DNA of 64,000 bases from NCBI GenBank assembly GCA_052325125.1, contig JBKQWO010000028.1. One strand, given 5' to 3'. This document shows positions 47,513 to 57,153 of this stretch, in pieces. Within the stretch, counting starts at the first letter, position 1. Every line of letters starts with the position of its first letter. The stretch is from Methanoregula sp. (GTDB taxonomy: Archaea > Halobacteriota > Methanomicrobia > Methanomicrobiales > Methanospirillaceae). The notes under the pieces are model-generated. The model saw nothing but the letters and a program-made list of their open reading frames with translations. It had not been told where the DNA came from and made no database searches. A program made the position numbers and the translations under genes.

Positions 47513-47693
47513 TAATAATCCTCCCTCCCCATGAGGGGGATGATGAGTGAATCCCGCTGTGCACCCATATACTTTGTGGTGCTCTGAAAGCACCAAGGGA
47601 GAACCTCTTTTCCTGTCAGATGCTGTTTCGGGCCGGTCCTGGTGGGGGAAAATTCTATAAACCGGAACAGAATAATTGCGATACACTACACGT

Positions 47694-48035
47694 ATGTCCC
47701 GTACCAGTAAAGAGGAGCTGGGCCGGAGGCGGTTCCAGCTCGGCAGGGAACAGGCGGTCGAAAACGCCGTGGAGAAAATACGACGCGCCCCGGCTGTCGA
47801 CTGGCCTGCTCTGGGTGTGGCGGAATGCATGCTGCTCCGTGATATCCTCGGCGAACTCTGGACCTGCCTTGAACGGGAGAGATGGGAACAGTATACTTTT
47901 TCCATCCTCACGCAGCAGGACATCCTCGATCTCCTTGCCCTCGGGGCAGGAATGCGAGGCCATACGCTGTCCTGTGCAACCCTCGAAGAGATGGACGCGA
48001 TCCTCTCCCATAAAAAACATAACCCTCCGGCATAA
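47694..48035 (+). CDS. hypothetical small protein, paralog of 47183..47512
   Basis: 113 aa from the first ATG (MSRTSKEELGRRRFQLGREQAVENAVEKIRR...). A TATA-like tctataaa lies at 47653-47661, 33-41 nt upstream. The protein has a normal amino acid composition. Confidence 0.6.
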   Translation: MSRTSKEELGRRRFQLGREQAVENAVEKIRRAPAVDWPALGVAECMLLRDILGELWTCLERERWEQYTFSILTQQDILDLLALGAGMRGHTLSCATLEEMDAILSHKKHNPPA

Positions 48036-48094
48036 TGATCGCATTGCCCGTGATCAGGTAGAAAAAATCTTCCACCTGCCGAATGCGCAATACC

Positions 48095-48103
48095 TTAATA
48101 TAT
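48095..48103 (+). promoter_or_regulatory. candidate TATA box of the atpK-D operon
   Basis: ttaatatat lies 42-50 nt upstream of the atpK ATG, with the SD-like ggaggaggt in between. Confidence 0.35.
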
Positions 48104-48144
48104 CAGCGCTTGTTTAGGTTCTATTATTGGGAGGAGGTATCGAC

Positions 48145-48363
48145 ATGGTTGGTTGGGAAGTTCCGATAGGTGCTGCCATTGCATTTGCCGGTGGTGCCAT
48201 AGGCACCGGATGGGCGCAGTCCCGGATTGGTGCAGCAGGGGCGGGAGCGATCGCTGAACGGCCCGAGACTGTAGGATCCATCATCATTCTTGAGGCCATA
48301 CCCGAGACACTGGTCATCCTCGGTTTTGTCGTAGCCGCGATGATCATCCTGATGGTCACGTAA
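48145..48363 (+). CDS. atpK: A1Ao ATP synthase subunit K (proteolipid c, single hairpin)
   Basis: The track ORF starts at TTG 48127. The ATG at 48145 follows ggaggaggt and gives 72 aa with two TM helices, a Gly-rich helix 1 (GAAGAGAIA) and the carboxylate motif LEAIPETLVILG in helix 2. Confidence 0.85.
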   Translation: MVGWEVPIGAAIAFAGGAIGTGWAQSRIGAAGAGAIAERPETVGSIIILEAIPETLVILGFVVAAMIILMVT

Positions 48364-48518
48364 TCCGGGCCGCGCATACTACGTGCAGGGGATTGCCGAA
48401 AGAATACTCTTTGTTCCCCCGGCATTATTCTTCAGTCCCTCTCCCGGATCGGGAACATCCGGGTAAGGCGGGCCGTACGTATCGTTTCACTGGCTGTACA
48501 AGAGAGGATGATATTGCC

Positions 48519-49103
48519 ATGCCCTATGAAAATCTTTTGAAATCCGTGGAGGAGAGTGCCGAGGAAAAGGAGCGGGAGCTCCGGGAGGGTGCGCAAAAAC
48601 AGGCAGACGCGATACGGTCGGAAGCAAAGAAACTGGCGGAAGAGATTCAGGTGCGCACCGTACAGGAAGCAGAAAACGCCGCCCAGATCGAGAGGAACAA
48701 GCAGCTGTACCTCGCGAGAGGCAGGATCAGGGAGCAGGCTCTCCTGAACCGGGAGAAGATGTTCGAGGCCGCCTTTAAAGCGGCAGGGCAGCGCCTTGCT
48801 GGATTGCGCGAGGACGATACCTACCCCGCCATTTTCAGGCGGCTTGCGGAAGAGACGATCAGGGCAATGGGGGACCGACCGTTTGTCATCCATGTTGACA
48901 AGCGGGACATTGATCTCTGCAAAAAAACGCTGGCGACTCTGAAATCCGGCTGCGAGATCGTTCCTGATCTGGAGTGCATGGGGGGACTTGTGGCCAGCTC
49001 AACGGAGGGACTCATCATCATCTCCAATACAATCGAGTCCCGGCTTGAACGGGTGCGGGAGCACAAGAGACTCGAGATCCACGCCACACTCTCCGGTGGT
49101 TGA
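48519..49103 (+). CDS. atpE: A1Ao ATP synthase subunit E
   Basis: ORF 48393..49103 trimmed to the ATG at 48519 (MPYENLLKSVEESAEEKERELREGAQKQADAIRSEAKK), giving 194 aa. It has a long N-terminal helix and a globular C-terminus, and its position in the operon fits. Confidence 0.8.
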   Translation: MPYENLLKSVEESAEEKERELREGAQKQADAIRSEAKKLAEEIQVRTVQEAENAAQIERNKQLYLARGRIREQALLNREKMFEAAFKAAGQRLAGLREDDTYPAIFRRLAEETIRAMGDRPFVIHVDKRDIDLCKKTLATLKSGCEIVPDLECMGGLVASSTEGLIIISNTIESRLERVREHKRLEIHATLSGG

Positions 49104-49104
49104 T

Positions 49105-50154
49105 ATGGACTGGGGGTACATCAATGCCAGGATGCGGGGGATGAAGAGCCGCCTGCTGGACCACCGCACGCTCGACAACCTGATTCTCCAGCCGGACCTC
49201 GACTCCCTGATCGGGGAGCTTGAGAAAACTCCCTACCGCGACGATATTATCGAGGCCCGGGGCAGGTATACCGGAATTTCCTGTATCGAGTATGCCCTGC
49301 GGAAGAATTTTGTCCGGACGTTCCGGAAGATCCTTGCCTTTGCCGGAAAAGAGGAAGCGGAACAGTTCATTAGGATCTTCCTCCACCGCTGGGATGTCCA
49401 GAACATCAAGACGATCCTCCGCGGGAAAAATATTCATGTGACAAACGAGGAGATCCTCGACTGCCTTGTACCCGTGGGCGAACTCGACGAGGTGACATTA
49501 ACCGAGCTCGTGCGGCAACAGGACCCCAAGGCAGTAATCGATCTGCTTGGCACGTGGCGCATCCCCTGGGCAAAACCACTCACCACGGCATTCCCGGAGT
49601 TTGCCCGGAGCGGAGATCTCGGCACACTCGAGTGTGCCCTCGACCGGTATTATTACGGGGAAGCACTCCGTGCGGTTAAAGCCCCTGATGCCAACCACAC
49701 GATGATCCGGAACATCCTTTCCATCGAGATCGATGTCGTGAACATCAAGACGGTGCTGCGGATGATCCGGGACCACGTCGATCCTGAAGAGGCGAAGAAA
49801 TTCCTGCTCGCCGGGGGGTCTGAGTTCGATCTCAAAAATCTCGTCCGGATGCTCACCCTGAATACGATCGACGACGCGCTTGTGCAGATGTCCGCATCCC
49901 GGTACCGCATCCTCTCCGGCATACCCGAGGCCGCCGTGAAGGCACAAAAGATCTCGGTGATCGAGAAAGAACTGGAGCGGTATCTTGTCATGCAGGGCAC
50001 CAAGGCGTTTCGTGGGGATCCCCTGAGCGTCGCCTCCCTCATCGGGTACTTCTGGGCGAAGTACAACGAGATCACTAATATACGGGTCATCTCGCGCTGC
50101 AAGACCGCTGATTTCCCTGTGGAACACCTACGGGAGGAACTCGTGTATGTATAA
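49105..50154 (+). CDS. atpC: A1Ao ATP synthase subunit C
   Basis: ORF 48988..50154 trimmed to the ATG at 49105 (MDWGYINARMRGMKSRLL), giving 349 aa. It matches the V-ATPase d/C family, and its position in the operon fits. Confidence 0.85.
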   Translation: MDWGYINARMRGMKSRLLDHRTLDNLILQPDLDSLIGELEKTPYRDDIIEARGRYTGISCIEYALRKNFVRTFRKILAFAGKEEAEQFIRIFLHRWDVQNIKTILRGKNIHVTNEEILDCLVPVGELDEVTLTELVRQQDPKAVIDLLGTWRIPWAKPLTTAFPEFARSGDLGTLECALDRYYYGEALRAVKAPDANHTMIRNILSIEIDVVNIKTVLRMIRDHVDPEEAKKFLLAGGSEFDLKNLVRMLTLNTIDDALVQMSASRYRILSGIPEAAVKAQKISVIEKELERYLVMQGTKAFRGDPLSVASLIGYFWAKYNEITNIRVISRCKTADFPVEHLREELVYV

Positions 50155-50467
50155 GTTTGTCATCGTCACGGACAGCGACCGGGCATCGGGTTTCCGGCTT
50201 GCGGGAGCCGAAGTGTTCGAAGCGAAGGATATCGAGGAAGCAAAGGCCATCATCCCACCTCTGCTCCACAAGGACGACATCGGGATCGTTGCAGTGAACG
50301 AGGAATACATGCTTTCGCTCGATGAAAAACTCATGGACCGGATCGAAAAGATGCACCGCCCGCTCATCATCCCGATCCCCGCAAAGAAAAAGGAACTTGA
50401 CCGGCGGACCTACATCGAGCGGCTGCTCAGGAAGGCGATCGGGTACAACATCGTCTTGAAGAGGTGA
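50147..50467 (+). CDS. atpF: A1Ao ATP synthase subunit F
   Basis: 106 aa. [26 protein letters not shown] is typical of subunit F. Confidence 0.85.
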   Translation: MYKFVIVTDSDRASGFRLAGAEVFEAKDIEEAKAIIPPLLHKDDIGIVAVNEEYMLSLDEKLMDRIEKMHRPLIIPIPAKKKELDRRTYIERLLRKAIGYNIVLKR

Positions 50468-50471
50468 TGGT

Positions 50472-52211
50472 ATGATTACGGGAACAATCTCACGGGTGTC
50501 GGGCCCGGTGATCATCGCAAAGGGCATGATCGGGTCCAGGATGTATGACGTAGTGAATGTCGGGACCGAGGCGCTTCGCGGCGAGATCATCCGGCTCGAA
50601 GGTGATGAGGCGGTTATCCAGGTATACGAGGACACCACCGGCCTTACGCTGGGGGAGAATGTAGAAAACACCGGGAAACCGCTTTCCGTTGAGCTGGGCC
50701 CCGGGCTCCTCACCTCAATCTATGACGGGGTCCAGCGCCCGCTGCCGGTCCTTCTCAGAAAAAGCGGGGACTTTATCGGCCGGGGCATCAGCGCCCCTGG
50801 TCTCGACCGGTCGAAGAAATGGAAGTTTGTTCCTGCAGTAAAGATCGGGGATGAGCTTTCCTCCGGGGACATCATCGGGACTGTCGCGGAGTTCCAGTTC
50901 GAGCACCGGATCCTCGTTCCCCCGAAGGTATCCGGGAAGGTCTCGGATATCGGTGCAGGCGAATTCCGGGTCGATGAAATTGTCTGTACGCTCGATAACG
51001 CAGTACAACTCACCCTGATGCACACCTGGCCGGTGCGGATCCCCCGCCCCTCTCAAAAGAAGCTCGATCCTGTCCAGCCGCTCATCACGGGACAGCGGGT
51101 TTTCGACTGCATGTTCCCGGTAACAAAAGGCGGGACGGCGATGATCCCGGGGGGCTTCGGGACCGGGAAGACCGTCTCCGAACAGACGCTTGCCAAGTGG
51201 TCGGACACCCAGATCGTCGTCTATATCGGGTGCGGGGAGCGGGGGAACGAGATGACGGACGTGCTCGCGGAATTCCCCGAGCTCATCGATCCCCGGACGA
51301 ATCTTCCCCTCATCCAGCGGACAGTCCTTATTGCCAACACCTCCAACATGCCGGTCGCAGCCCGGGAGGCCTCGATCTACACCGGGATCACCATTGCCGA
51401 ATACTTCCGGGACATGGGATACGATGTAGCACTGATGGCAGATTCAACATCCCGCTGGGGCGAGGCGTTGAGAGAAGTCTCCGGCAGGCTCGAAGAGATG
51501 CCGGGTGAGGAAGGCTATCCTGCCTACCTTGCGACCCGGCTCGCGGCATTCTACGAGCGGGCCGGCCGGGTTATCTGCCTCGGCGCCGGTGAGCGGACAG
51601 GGTCGGTTACGGTAGTCGGTGCGGTCTCGCCGCCCGGCGGGGACTTCTCCGAGCCAATAACCCAGAACACGCTCCGCGTGGTCGGGACATTCTGGGCGCT
51701 GGATACAAACCTTGCCTACCGCCGGCATTTTCCCTCGGTAAACTGGATCAAGAGCTACTCGCTCTACCTTGACAGCATTGCCGACTGGTACAGCCGGACA
51801 ATTGCCCGTGACTGGCGGGAACTCCGTGACCGGGTGATCTACCTGCTCCAGAAGGAGGTGGAATTACAGGAGATTGTCCAGCTGGTGGGTCCGGATGCGC
51901 TGCCCGACAGCGAGAAAGCGATTCTCGAAGTGACCCGGATGGTTCGCGAGGACTTCCTCCAGCAGAGCGCATATTCCGACACCGACTCTTTCTGCCCGGT
52001 CGAGAAGCAGTACCTGATGCTCAGGGCGATCATGTCGTACTACGAACAGGTGAACCTCGCGATGAACCGGGGTGTCAGCCTGCGTCAGATCCAGGCACTC
52101 CCGCTCAGGGCGGCCATCGGGAGGATGAAGGAGGCCGGGGACCTGGATACGATCAGGAGCCTGACCGGCGAGATCAGTGATAAGCTGACTGCACTGGAGG
52201 TGGAGAAATGA
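50472..52211 (+). CDS. atpA: A1Ao ATP synthase catalytic subunit A
   Basis: 579 aa with the P-loop [11 protein letters not shown] and Walker B, plus the non-homologous region typical of A/V-type A subunits. No intein is present. Confidence 0.95.
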   Translation: MITGTISRVSGPVIIAKGMIGSRMYDVVNVGTEALRGEIIRLEGDEAVIQVYEDTTGLTLGENVENTGKPLSVELGPGLLTSIYDGVQRPLPVLLRKSGDFIGRGISAPGLDRSKKWKFVPAVKIGDELSSGDIIGTVAEFQFEHRILVPPKVSGKVSDIGAGEFRVDEIVCTLDNAVQLTLMHTWPVRIPRPSQKKLDPVQPLITGQRVFDCMFPVTKGGTAMIPGGFGTGKTVSEQTLAKWSDTQIVVYIGCGERGNEMTDVLAEFPELIDPRTNLPLIQRTVLIANTSNMPVAAREASIYTGITIAEYFRDMGYDVALMADSTSRWGEALREVSGRLEEMPGEEGYPAYLATRLAAFYERAGRVICLGAGERTGSVTVVGAVSPPGGDFSEPITQNTLRVVGTFWALDTNLAYRRHFPSVNWIKSYSLYLDSIADWYSRTIARDWRELRDRVIYLLQKEVELQEIVQLVGPDALPDSEKAILEVTRMVREDFLQQSAYSDTDSFCPVEKQYLMLRAIMSYYEQVNLAMNRGVSLRQIQALPLRAAIGRMKEAGDLDTIRSLTGEISDKLTALEVEK

Positions 52212-53626
52212 GAGAGAGATCACTGCTTACGAGGGAATACCGGACGATCGGGTACGTATCCGGCCCGCTAATCTTCGTCACCGGCGTGAAGGGGGCCTCC
52301 TTCGGCGAAATCGTAAAAATAACGCTCCGTGACGGGGAGAAGCGGAACGGGCAGGTGCTTGATATCTCGGAAGACCACGCCGTTGTCCAGGTATTTGAGG
52401 GCACGCGGGGGATCGATCTCACCGGTACCACAGTCCGGTTCACCGGTGAGCCCGCCCGGATCCAGGTGTCGAAGGACATGCTGGGCCGGATATTTTCCGG
52501 GGTGGGGACTGCCCGGGACGGCGGCCCCGACATCATTCCGGAAGCTGTGCTCGACATCGCCGGCATGCCCATCAACCCATCCGCACGGGACAAGCCTGCC
52601 GATTTCATCCAGACCGGCATGTCGGCAATCGACGGCCTCAACACGCTCGTGCGGGGGCAAAAGCTGCCTATCTTCTCCGGGTCAGGTCTTCCGGCAAGCA
52701 AACTTGCCGCCCAGATCGCGCGGCAGGCAAAGGTCAGGGGAGAGGATGAGCAATTCGCGGTCGTCTTCGTCGCGATGGGAATCACCCACAAGGAGGCCTC
52801 GTTCTTTATGCGGGATTTCGAGCGGACCGGGGCGCTCGACCGCGTGGTCTTCTTTATGAATCTCGCTGACGATCCAACCGTCGAGCGTCTGGCGGCCCCG
52901 CGATGCGGGCTTTCTGCAGCGGAGTTCCTCGCGTTTACCCACAACCTCCACGTTCTTGTAATCCTGACCGATATGATCAATTATTGCGAGGCCCTGCGCG
53001 AGATCTCGACTGCCCGCGAAGAGGTGCCCGGCCGGCGCGGATATCCGGGGTATATGTATACCGACCTCGCCTCTATCTACGAACGGGCCGGCCGGCTGAA
53101 GGGCAAGCGCGGGTCGATCACCCAGATCCCGATCCTGACCATGCCGGACGATGATATCACTCACCCGGTGCCCGACCTGACCGGTTATATCACCGAAGGC
53201 CAGATCGTTCTCTCGCGGGATATCTTCCGGCGCGGTGGCGACCCGCCGGTCGACGCCCTTCCCTGCCTGTCCCGGCTCATGAACCTCGGTATCGGCCCGG
53301 GCAAGACCCGGGAGGATCACCGCGGGGTGGCAGACCAGCTGTACGCCTCGTACGCGTACGGGCGCGACCTGCGCAGGCTCGTCTCTATTGTTGGCGAAGA
53401 GGCGCTGACCGACCTTGACCGGAAATACCTGAAGTTCGCTGATGTCTTTGAGCGGCAGTTCATCACGCAGGGTAATGAAGACCGGCCGATCGAAAAGACC
53501 CTCTCCATTGCGTGGGACCTCTTTAGTATGCTGCCAGAGGACGAGCTGAAGCGGATAAAACGGGAGTACATCCGGAAATACCATCCGGCAGCGCAGGAAG
53601 CGGCAGGAAACAACGCAGGGAGCTGA
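52208..53626 (+). CDS. atpB: A1Ao ATP synthase subunit B
   Basis: 472 aa from the B-subunit family ([39 protein letters not shown]). It overlaps the atpA stop by 4 nt. Confidence 0.95.
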   Translation: MRERSLLTREYRTIGYVSGPLIFVTGVKGASFGEIVKITLRDGEKRNGQVLDISEDHAVVQVFEGTRGIDLTGTTVRFTGEPARIQVSKDMLGRIFSGVGTARDGGPDIIPEAVLDIAGMPINPSARDKPADFIQTGMSAIDGLNTLVRGQKLPIFSGSGLPASKLAAQIARQAKVRGEDEQFAVVFVAMGITHKEASFFMRDFERTGALDRVVFFMNLADDPTVERLAAPRCGLSAAEFLAFTHNLHVLVILTDMINYCEALREISTAREEVPGRRGYPGYMYTDLASIYERAGRLKGKRGSITQIPILTMPDDDITHPVPDLTGYITEGQIVLSRDIFRRGGDPPVDALPCLSRLMNLGIGPGKTREDHRGVADQLYASYAYGRDLRRLVSIVGEEALTDLDRKYLKFADVFERQFITQGNEDRPIEKTLSIAWDLFSMLPEDELKRIKREYIRKYHPAAQEAAGNNAGS

Positions 53627-53632
53627 AAAGAT

Positions 53633-54292
53633 ATGGAGCAGGTCCGGCCGACGCGGATGGAGCTGATGAAGTTGAAGGCCCAGATCAGGCTTGCAGAGCA
53701 GGGCCGGGACCTTTTGCGGCAGAAGATGGACGCCCTGATCCAGGAATTCTTCAGGATCTTAAGCACGGTTTCGGAGTCCCGCGACGAGCTGGAGCAGGTC
53801 TCCCGGGCAGCAGACCTCGCCCTGATGATCGCGGAGGCCGTCGATGACCCGGTCACGCTGCGGTCCGCATCGTTTGCCACCCGGCGGTCCATCACGGTCG
53901 ATATCAGCGGGAAGAACATTATGGGCGTGCCCGTCCCGGTGATCGAGAAGAAACGCGTCTCCAAGACCATGCTGGAGCGGGGCTACGGTATCATCACCAC
54001 GAGCGCCCGGATCGACGAGACTGCCGAGCGGTACGAGCTGGAGCTGGACCTCCTCATCAAGCTCGCCGAGATCGAAACCGCAATGCGGCGCCTCGGGACC
54101 GAGATCCAGATGAACCGCCGGCGGGTGAATGCGCTTGAGCAGATCCTGATCCCGGAGCTCAAAAGCCAGGCGAAATACATCAAGAACGCGATTGAGGAAC
54201 GGGAACGGGAGGACCTGTTCCGGCTCAAGAAAGTCAAGAGCATCATAGAAAGGAAGAAAAAGAAAGCGAAGGAGAAGAAGCAGGGATTGTGA
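53633..54292 (+). CDS. atpD: A1Ao ATP synthase subunit D (central stalk)
   Basis: 219 aa. VRPTRMELMKLKAQIRLAEQGRDLL and a coiled-coil C-terminus with a Lys-rich tail. Confidence 0.9.
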   Translation: MEQVRPTRMELMKLKAQIRLAEQGRDLLRQKMDALIQEFFRILSTVSESRDELEQVSRAADLALMIAEAVDDPVTLRSASFATRRSITVDISGKNIMGVPVPVIEKKRVSKTMLERGYGIITTSARIDETAERYELELDLLIKLAEIETAMRRLGTEIQMNRRRVNALEQILIPELKSQAKYIKNAIEEREREDLFRLKKVKSIIERKKKKAKEKKQGL

Positions 54293-54304
54293 TCTCCCGG
54301 GCCG

Positions 54305-54514
54305 GTGAAGGGAATAAAGGTGTCGGCGCGATCGCAGGTGCAAGACCCCTCTATTGCGCCCGGGCACTTCCTCAACGGCGCAAAGTCGCCCGGTTTTGAT
54401 TCCTGCCCGATGGGCGGCTTTGACCCGGATGCCTGTGCGCAGATCCTTGGGGCATCCCGGCAGATCCTGCACCGGGCGATACGCTTCACGGTCGGGTACA
54501 CAGCGGACCGGTGA
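54305..54514 (+). pseudogene. remnant of the C-terminal third of a nitroreductase-family gene
   Basis: The 69-aa ORF reads ...QDPSIAPGHFLNGAKSPGFDSCPMGGFDPDACAQILGASRQILHRAIRFTVGYTADR. This resembles the nitroreductase C-terminus (loop, GLGSC.MGGFD....lLg.p......l.vGYp). The N-terminal two thirds are missing, as atpD ends 12 nt upstream. Confidence 0.45.
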
Positions 54515-54642
54515 CAAATTCTGCGCGGCTTCCCAGCCCCTCCATGACGCAAGGGGCCCTGAGGCTTTGCGAGTTCTCGCACTATTTCCCGATTATTTTT
54601 GTAGAGCCGGGAGCATGAATCAGGTTTTCTAAAAAAAACGCA

Positions 54643-54677
54643 GGGGTCGTACCCTATCATGGTGCGACCCCCCCCCC
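54643..54677 (+). terminator. 11-bp GC-rich hairpin, fully paired only in plus-sense RNA (candidate 3'-end element of the atpK-D transcript)
   Basis: GGGGTCGTACC-ctatcat-GGTGCGACCCC has a single T:G pair, which is a U:G wobble in plus-sense RNA and an A:C mismatch in minus-sense RNA. T4 and T5 runs follow at 54685 and 54703. Confidence 0.35.
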
Positions 54678-54742
54678 TCAGGGATTTTGCCATTATGACC
54701 GATTTTTATGCCGGAACTTTTACATTTTCAGGATCTTGAGGT

Positions 54743-54756
54743 GGGGGGGTCGCACC
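54743..54756. repeat. half-site gggggggtcgcacc, the exact complement of 54661-54674
   Basis: It could pair at long range (14 bp) with the right arm of the first hairpin. It belongs to the same sequence family as the arms at 54643 and 54793. Confidence 0.5.
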
Positions 54757-54792
54757 TGTCAAAGACCGACTATCATAACTTCTCAAAAGAGA

Positions 54793-54825
54793 GGGGGTCA
54801 TACCCGGATAAGGTACGACCCCCCC
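54793..54825 (-). terminator. 12-bp GC-rich hairpin, fully paired only in minus-sense RNA (candidate 3'-end element of the atpHI transcript)
   Basis: GGGGGTCATACC-cggataa-GGTACGACCCCC has a single A:C mismatch on the plus strand, which becomes a U:G wobble in minus-sense RNA. It lies about 55 nt after the atpI stop and is followed in minus sense by tctcttttg. Confidence 0.35.
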
Positions 54826-54877
54826 ATATGCCATACATCCCCTGCCCCTGTCCACACCGCAGGTCGCATGCACCCGC

Positions 54878-56794
54878 TTACGGCACTTCTCTCTTGAACG
54901 GCTTGTACGGTGTCCCTCCCCCCTCGTAGAACTTCGAGAAGAACTCGACAAGGTGGAGACGCACCGCGTGGATAGAAGGGGAAAACATGGCAAGCACGAC
55001 ATTGAGCGCGTGCAGCAGGAGTGCGACGATAATCCCGATGACGGCAAATGCAAACGCACCACTGAGCCGGTTTGCCACCATCGCGAGGATCACCGAAGCC
55101 ATGCCGATCGCCATGAGACGGGAATACGAGAGGATGTTTCCGACCGTGCTCATCACCTCGATGGTGCCAAACACCCCGGCCCCCATCAGGATGAGGGGAA
55201 GGGCGACAACGATGAGGACAACCGCCGGGTAGACCGAGAACGCCGGCACAACCTTCGCGAGCATGGCGACGAGGACGATGATCGCGGTGATCATCAGCAG
55301 CATACCGGTCTTCTCGTAGAGGTGCTTGCGTTTCTTCGTGATGATCGCGTTCCGTATGCCAATGAACAGTCCAAGAAAGACATGGATGATCCCGATGGTG
55401 ATCGCTAAGATGAGCATCGGGATCATCGCGTCCACCCGGTTCCAGGTGATGCCGAGCACCTGCACCGGGTGGAGCCAGCCGAGATTCTCCCCTAGGTCCC
55501 CGAAAAACTCGCCGAAAAGGAACCCGAAAATGATAGCCGGGATCGATGAGATGATCAGGATATTGGCAAGGTTCTTTGCAAAACCGATTGCCTGGAACCG
55601 GTGCCGGATCACGAGTGCGAAAGCCAGTATGACCAGACCGTACCCGACATCCCCGACCATGATCCCGAAGAAGAGCGGGAAGAAGATGGCGAGGATAGGT
55701 GTGGGGTCGACCTCGCGGTATCGTGGCGGTGCGACGAGCTGCATGATGAATTCGAAAGGTTTGACCCACGGGGGATTGTCATAAAAGACCGGGGCGTTCT
55801 CCATGTCTTTTTCCGTTACCGGCAGCTCGTGGATGATCACCCTGTCCGAGAACCTGTTCTCAATCATTTTCCGGGTTTTGTTCAGGTTTTTCTTCGGGAT
55901 CCAGCCCATAATCACGAACATGTAGTCCGATACCCCGAAGTTCCGGTATGCGCCCAGCTGGCTGTTGATCGTCTCAAGCAGCTTTTTTATGACAACGAGC
56001 TCCTGGTACCAGGTATTCGAGAGAGCGAGCAGGTCCCGGTCTATGCGGGCGATCTCATCCTGCGCACGGAGCCGGTTCTCTTCAATCAGGGCATATATTT
56101 CGTAAAAAGGCCTGCCGGCATACTCCTTCGGGAGCCGGACCTCGTTCACGTTCACGGAATAAACAAATGAGTGGATTTCATCGGAATATTTTTTCGGGAA
56201 TACCATGATGGCGGCGCGGGTATCGGCATCGACCGTAGTTGCGATCATTTCGAACCGGTTGCCGGTGATGGTATCGAGTTCCTTTTTTATTAATTCGAGA
56301 ACTTCACGATGCTCTTCCTGGACAAGGAGGATCGTGACCTCGAACCCTTCGAGTGCCGGCAGCTCCTTTTCTACCGGCTGGATGATATCGAGGACTTTTG
56401 CGTACCGGTTCAGAGTCGTGATTGAAAGGGTGAGTTCGGTTTTCTTTGCCGCGAGCTCCCGTGTCGTCGTTTCGAGGGTGCTGATGATCTCCCTGGCCCG
56501 GGCGACCAGCTCTGCGTGGTTTTTTCTCTCAAGAGAGGTATGGATTTCGGCCTGAACGCGAGGATCGTCCGCAATCACGGGCAGCGTGGAGAAGATCGCG
56601 CTGATCGTTCCAAGGACCCCGGTAATCTCGTCCGCCTCCTCCTGCCGCACACCATTAAGGCAGATCTCGTCCTTTGGTATGATTTCCGTTGCGCTCTCGA
56701 GGTGGATGGTACCGGCCTCGTACAGCTGGTCGACTACATGGCCCAGCTCCGCTTTTGGCCCGATCACCTGGATGCGTTTCATTGCCTGGAGCAT
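54878..56794 (-). CDS. atpI: A1Ao ATP synthase subunit I (membrane a-subunit)
   Basis: The track ORF is 54878..56806 with a GTG start. I prefer the ATG at 56794 (MLQAMKRIQVIGPK), which is preceded by ggag. The protein is about 638 aa, with a cytoplasmic N-terminal half and a C-terminal polytopic half. Confidence 0.9.
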   Translation of the reverse strand: MLQAMKRIQVIGPKAELGHVVDQLYEAGTIHLESATEIIPKDEICLNGVRQEEADEITGVLGTISAIFSTLPVIADDPRVQAEIHTSLERKNHAELVARAREIISTLETTTRELAAKKTELTLSITTLNRYAKVLDIIQPVEKELPALEGFEVTILLVQEEHREVLELIKKELDTITGNRFEMIATTVDADTRAAIMVFPKKYSDEIHSFVYSVNVNEVRLPKEYAGRPFYEIYALIEENRLRAQDEIARIDRDLLALSNTWYQELVVIKKLLETINSQLGAYRNFGVSDYMFVIMGWIPKKNLNKTRKMIENRFSDRVIIHELPVTEKDMENAPVFYDNPPWVKPFEFIMQLVAPPRYREVDPTPILAIFFPLFFGIMVGDVGYGLVILAFALVIRHRFQAIGFAKNLANILIISSIPAIIFGFLFGEFFGDLGENLGWLHPVQVLGITWNRVDAMIPMLILAITIGIIHVFLGLFIGIRNAIITKKRKHLYEKTGMLLMITAIIVLVAMLAKVVPAFSVYPAVVLIVVALPLILMGAGVFGTIEVMSTVGNILSYSRLMAIGMASVILAMVANRLSGAFAFAVIGIIVALLLHALNVVLAMFSPSIHAVRLHLVEFFSKFYEGGGTPYKPFKREVP

Positions 56795-56821
56795 ACAACT
56801 CCACACCGGGCGTGCCCGGCA

Positions 56822-57142
56822 TTATTCCATGGTCACGTACCTGACGATTCGCTCCGCCGCTTCATGGATGTTTTTCTCTCCCCGTACCCTTGCAGCCTCC
56901 TGATCAAGATTGGCTGCTGTGTTCAGGGACTCAATCTCGATAGCAGTTTTCCCCTGCACATTCCAGTAGACCTGTTCGGCACTTGCTTTTCCTGCTTTGT
57001 CCGCAGTGCAGAGCAGGTCTTCAGCCTCGGTCCGTGCAGCGGCAACCGTGGCCTCTGCATCGGCCCGGGCCGTGTCAATCTTCCGTGAGAACTCCTGTTC
57101 CTTGTCACGTATCTGCTGCAGGAGCGTCTTTTCTGTATCCAT
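56822..57142 (-). CDS. atpH: A1Ao ATP synthase subunit H (peripheral stalk)
   Basis: ORF 56822..57211 trimmed to the ATG at 57142 (MDTEKTLLQQIRDKEQEFSRKIDTARADAEATVAAARTEAE), giving 106 aa, all helical. It lies immediately upstream of atpI. Confidence 0.75.
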   Translation of the reverse strand: MDTEKTLLQQIRDKEQEFSRKIDTARADAEATVAAARTEAEDLLCTADKAGKASAEQVYWNVQGKTAIEIESLNTAANLDQEAARVRGEKNIHEAAERIVRYVTME

Positions 57143-57153
57143 GCCGTATCCCT

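Noticed and set aside
48145-48363. Inferring Na+ versus H+ coupling from the PET motif of the c-subunit
   Set aside because: The helix-2 ...IPETL... carboxylate-Thr pair and a helix-1 Gln are present. Ion specificity cannot be deduced reliably from these residues alone, so I make no claim.
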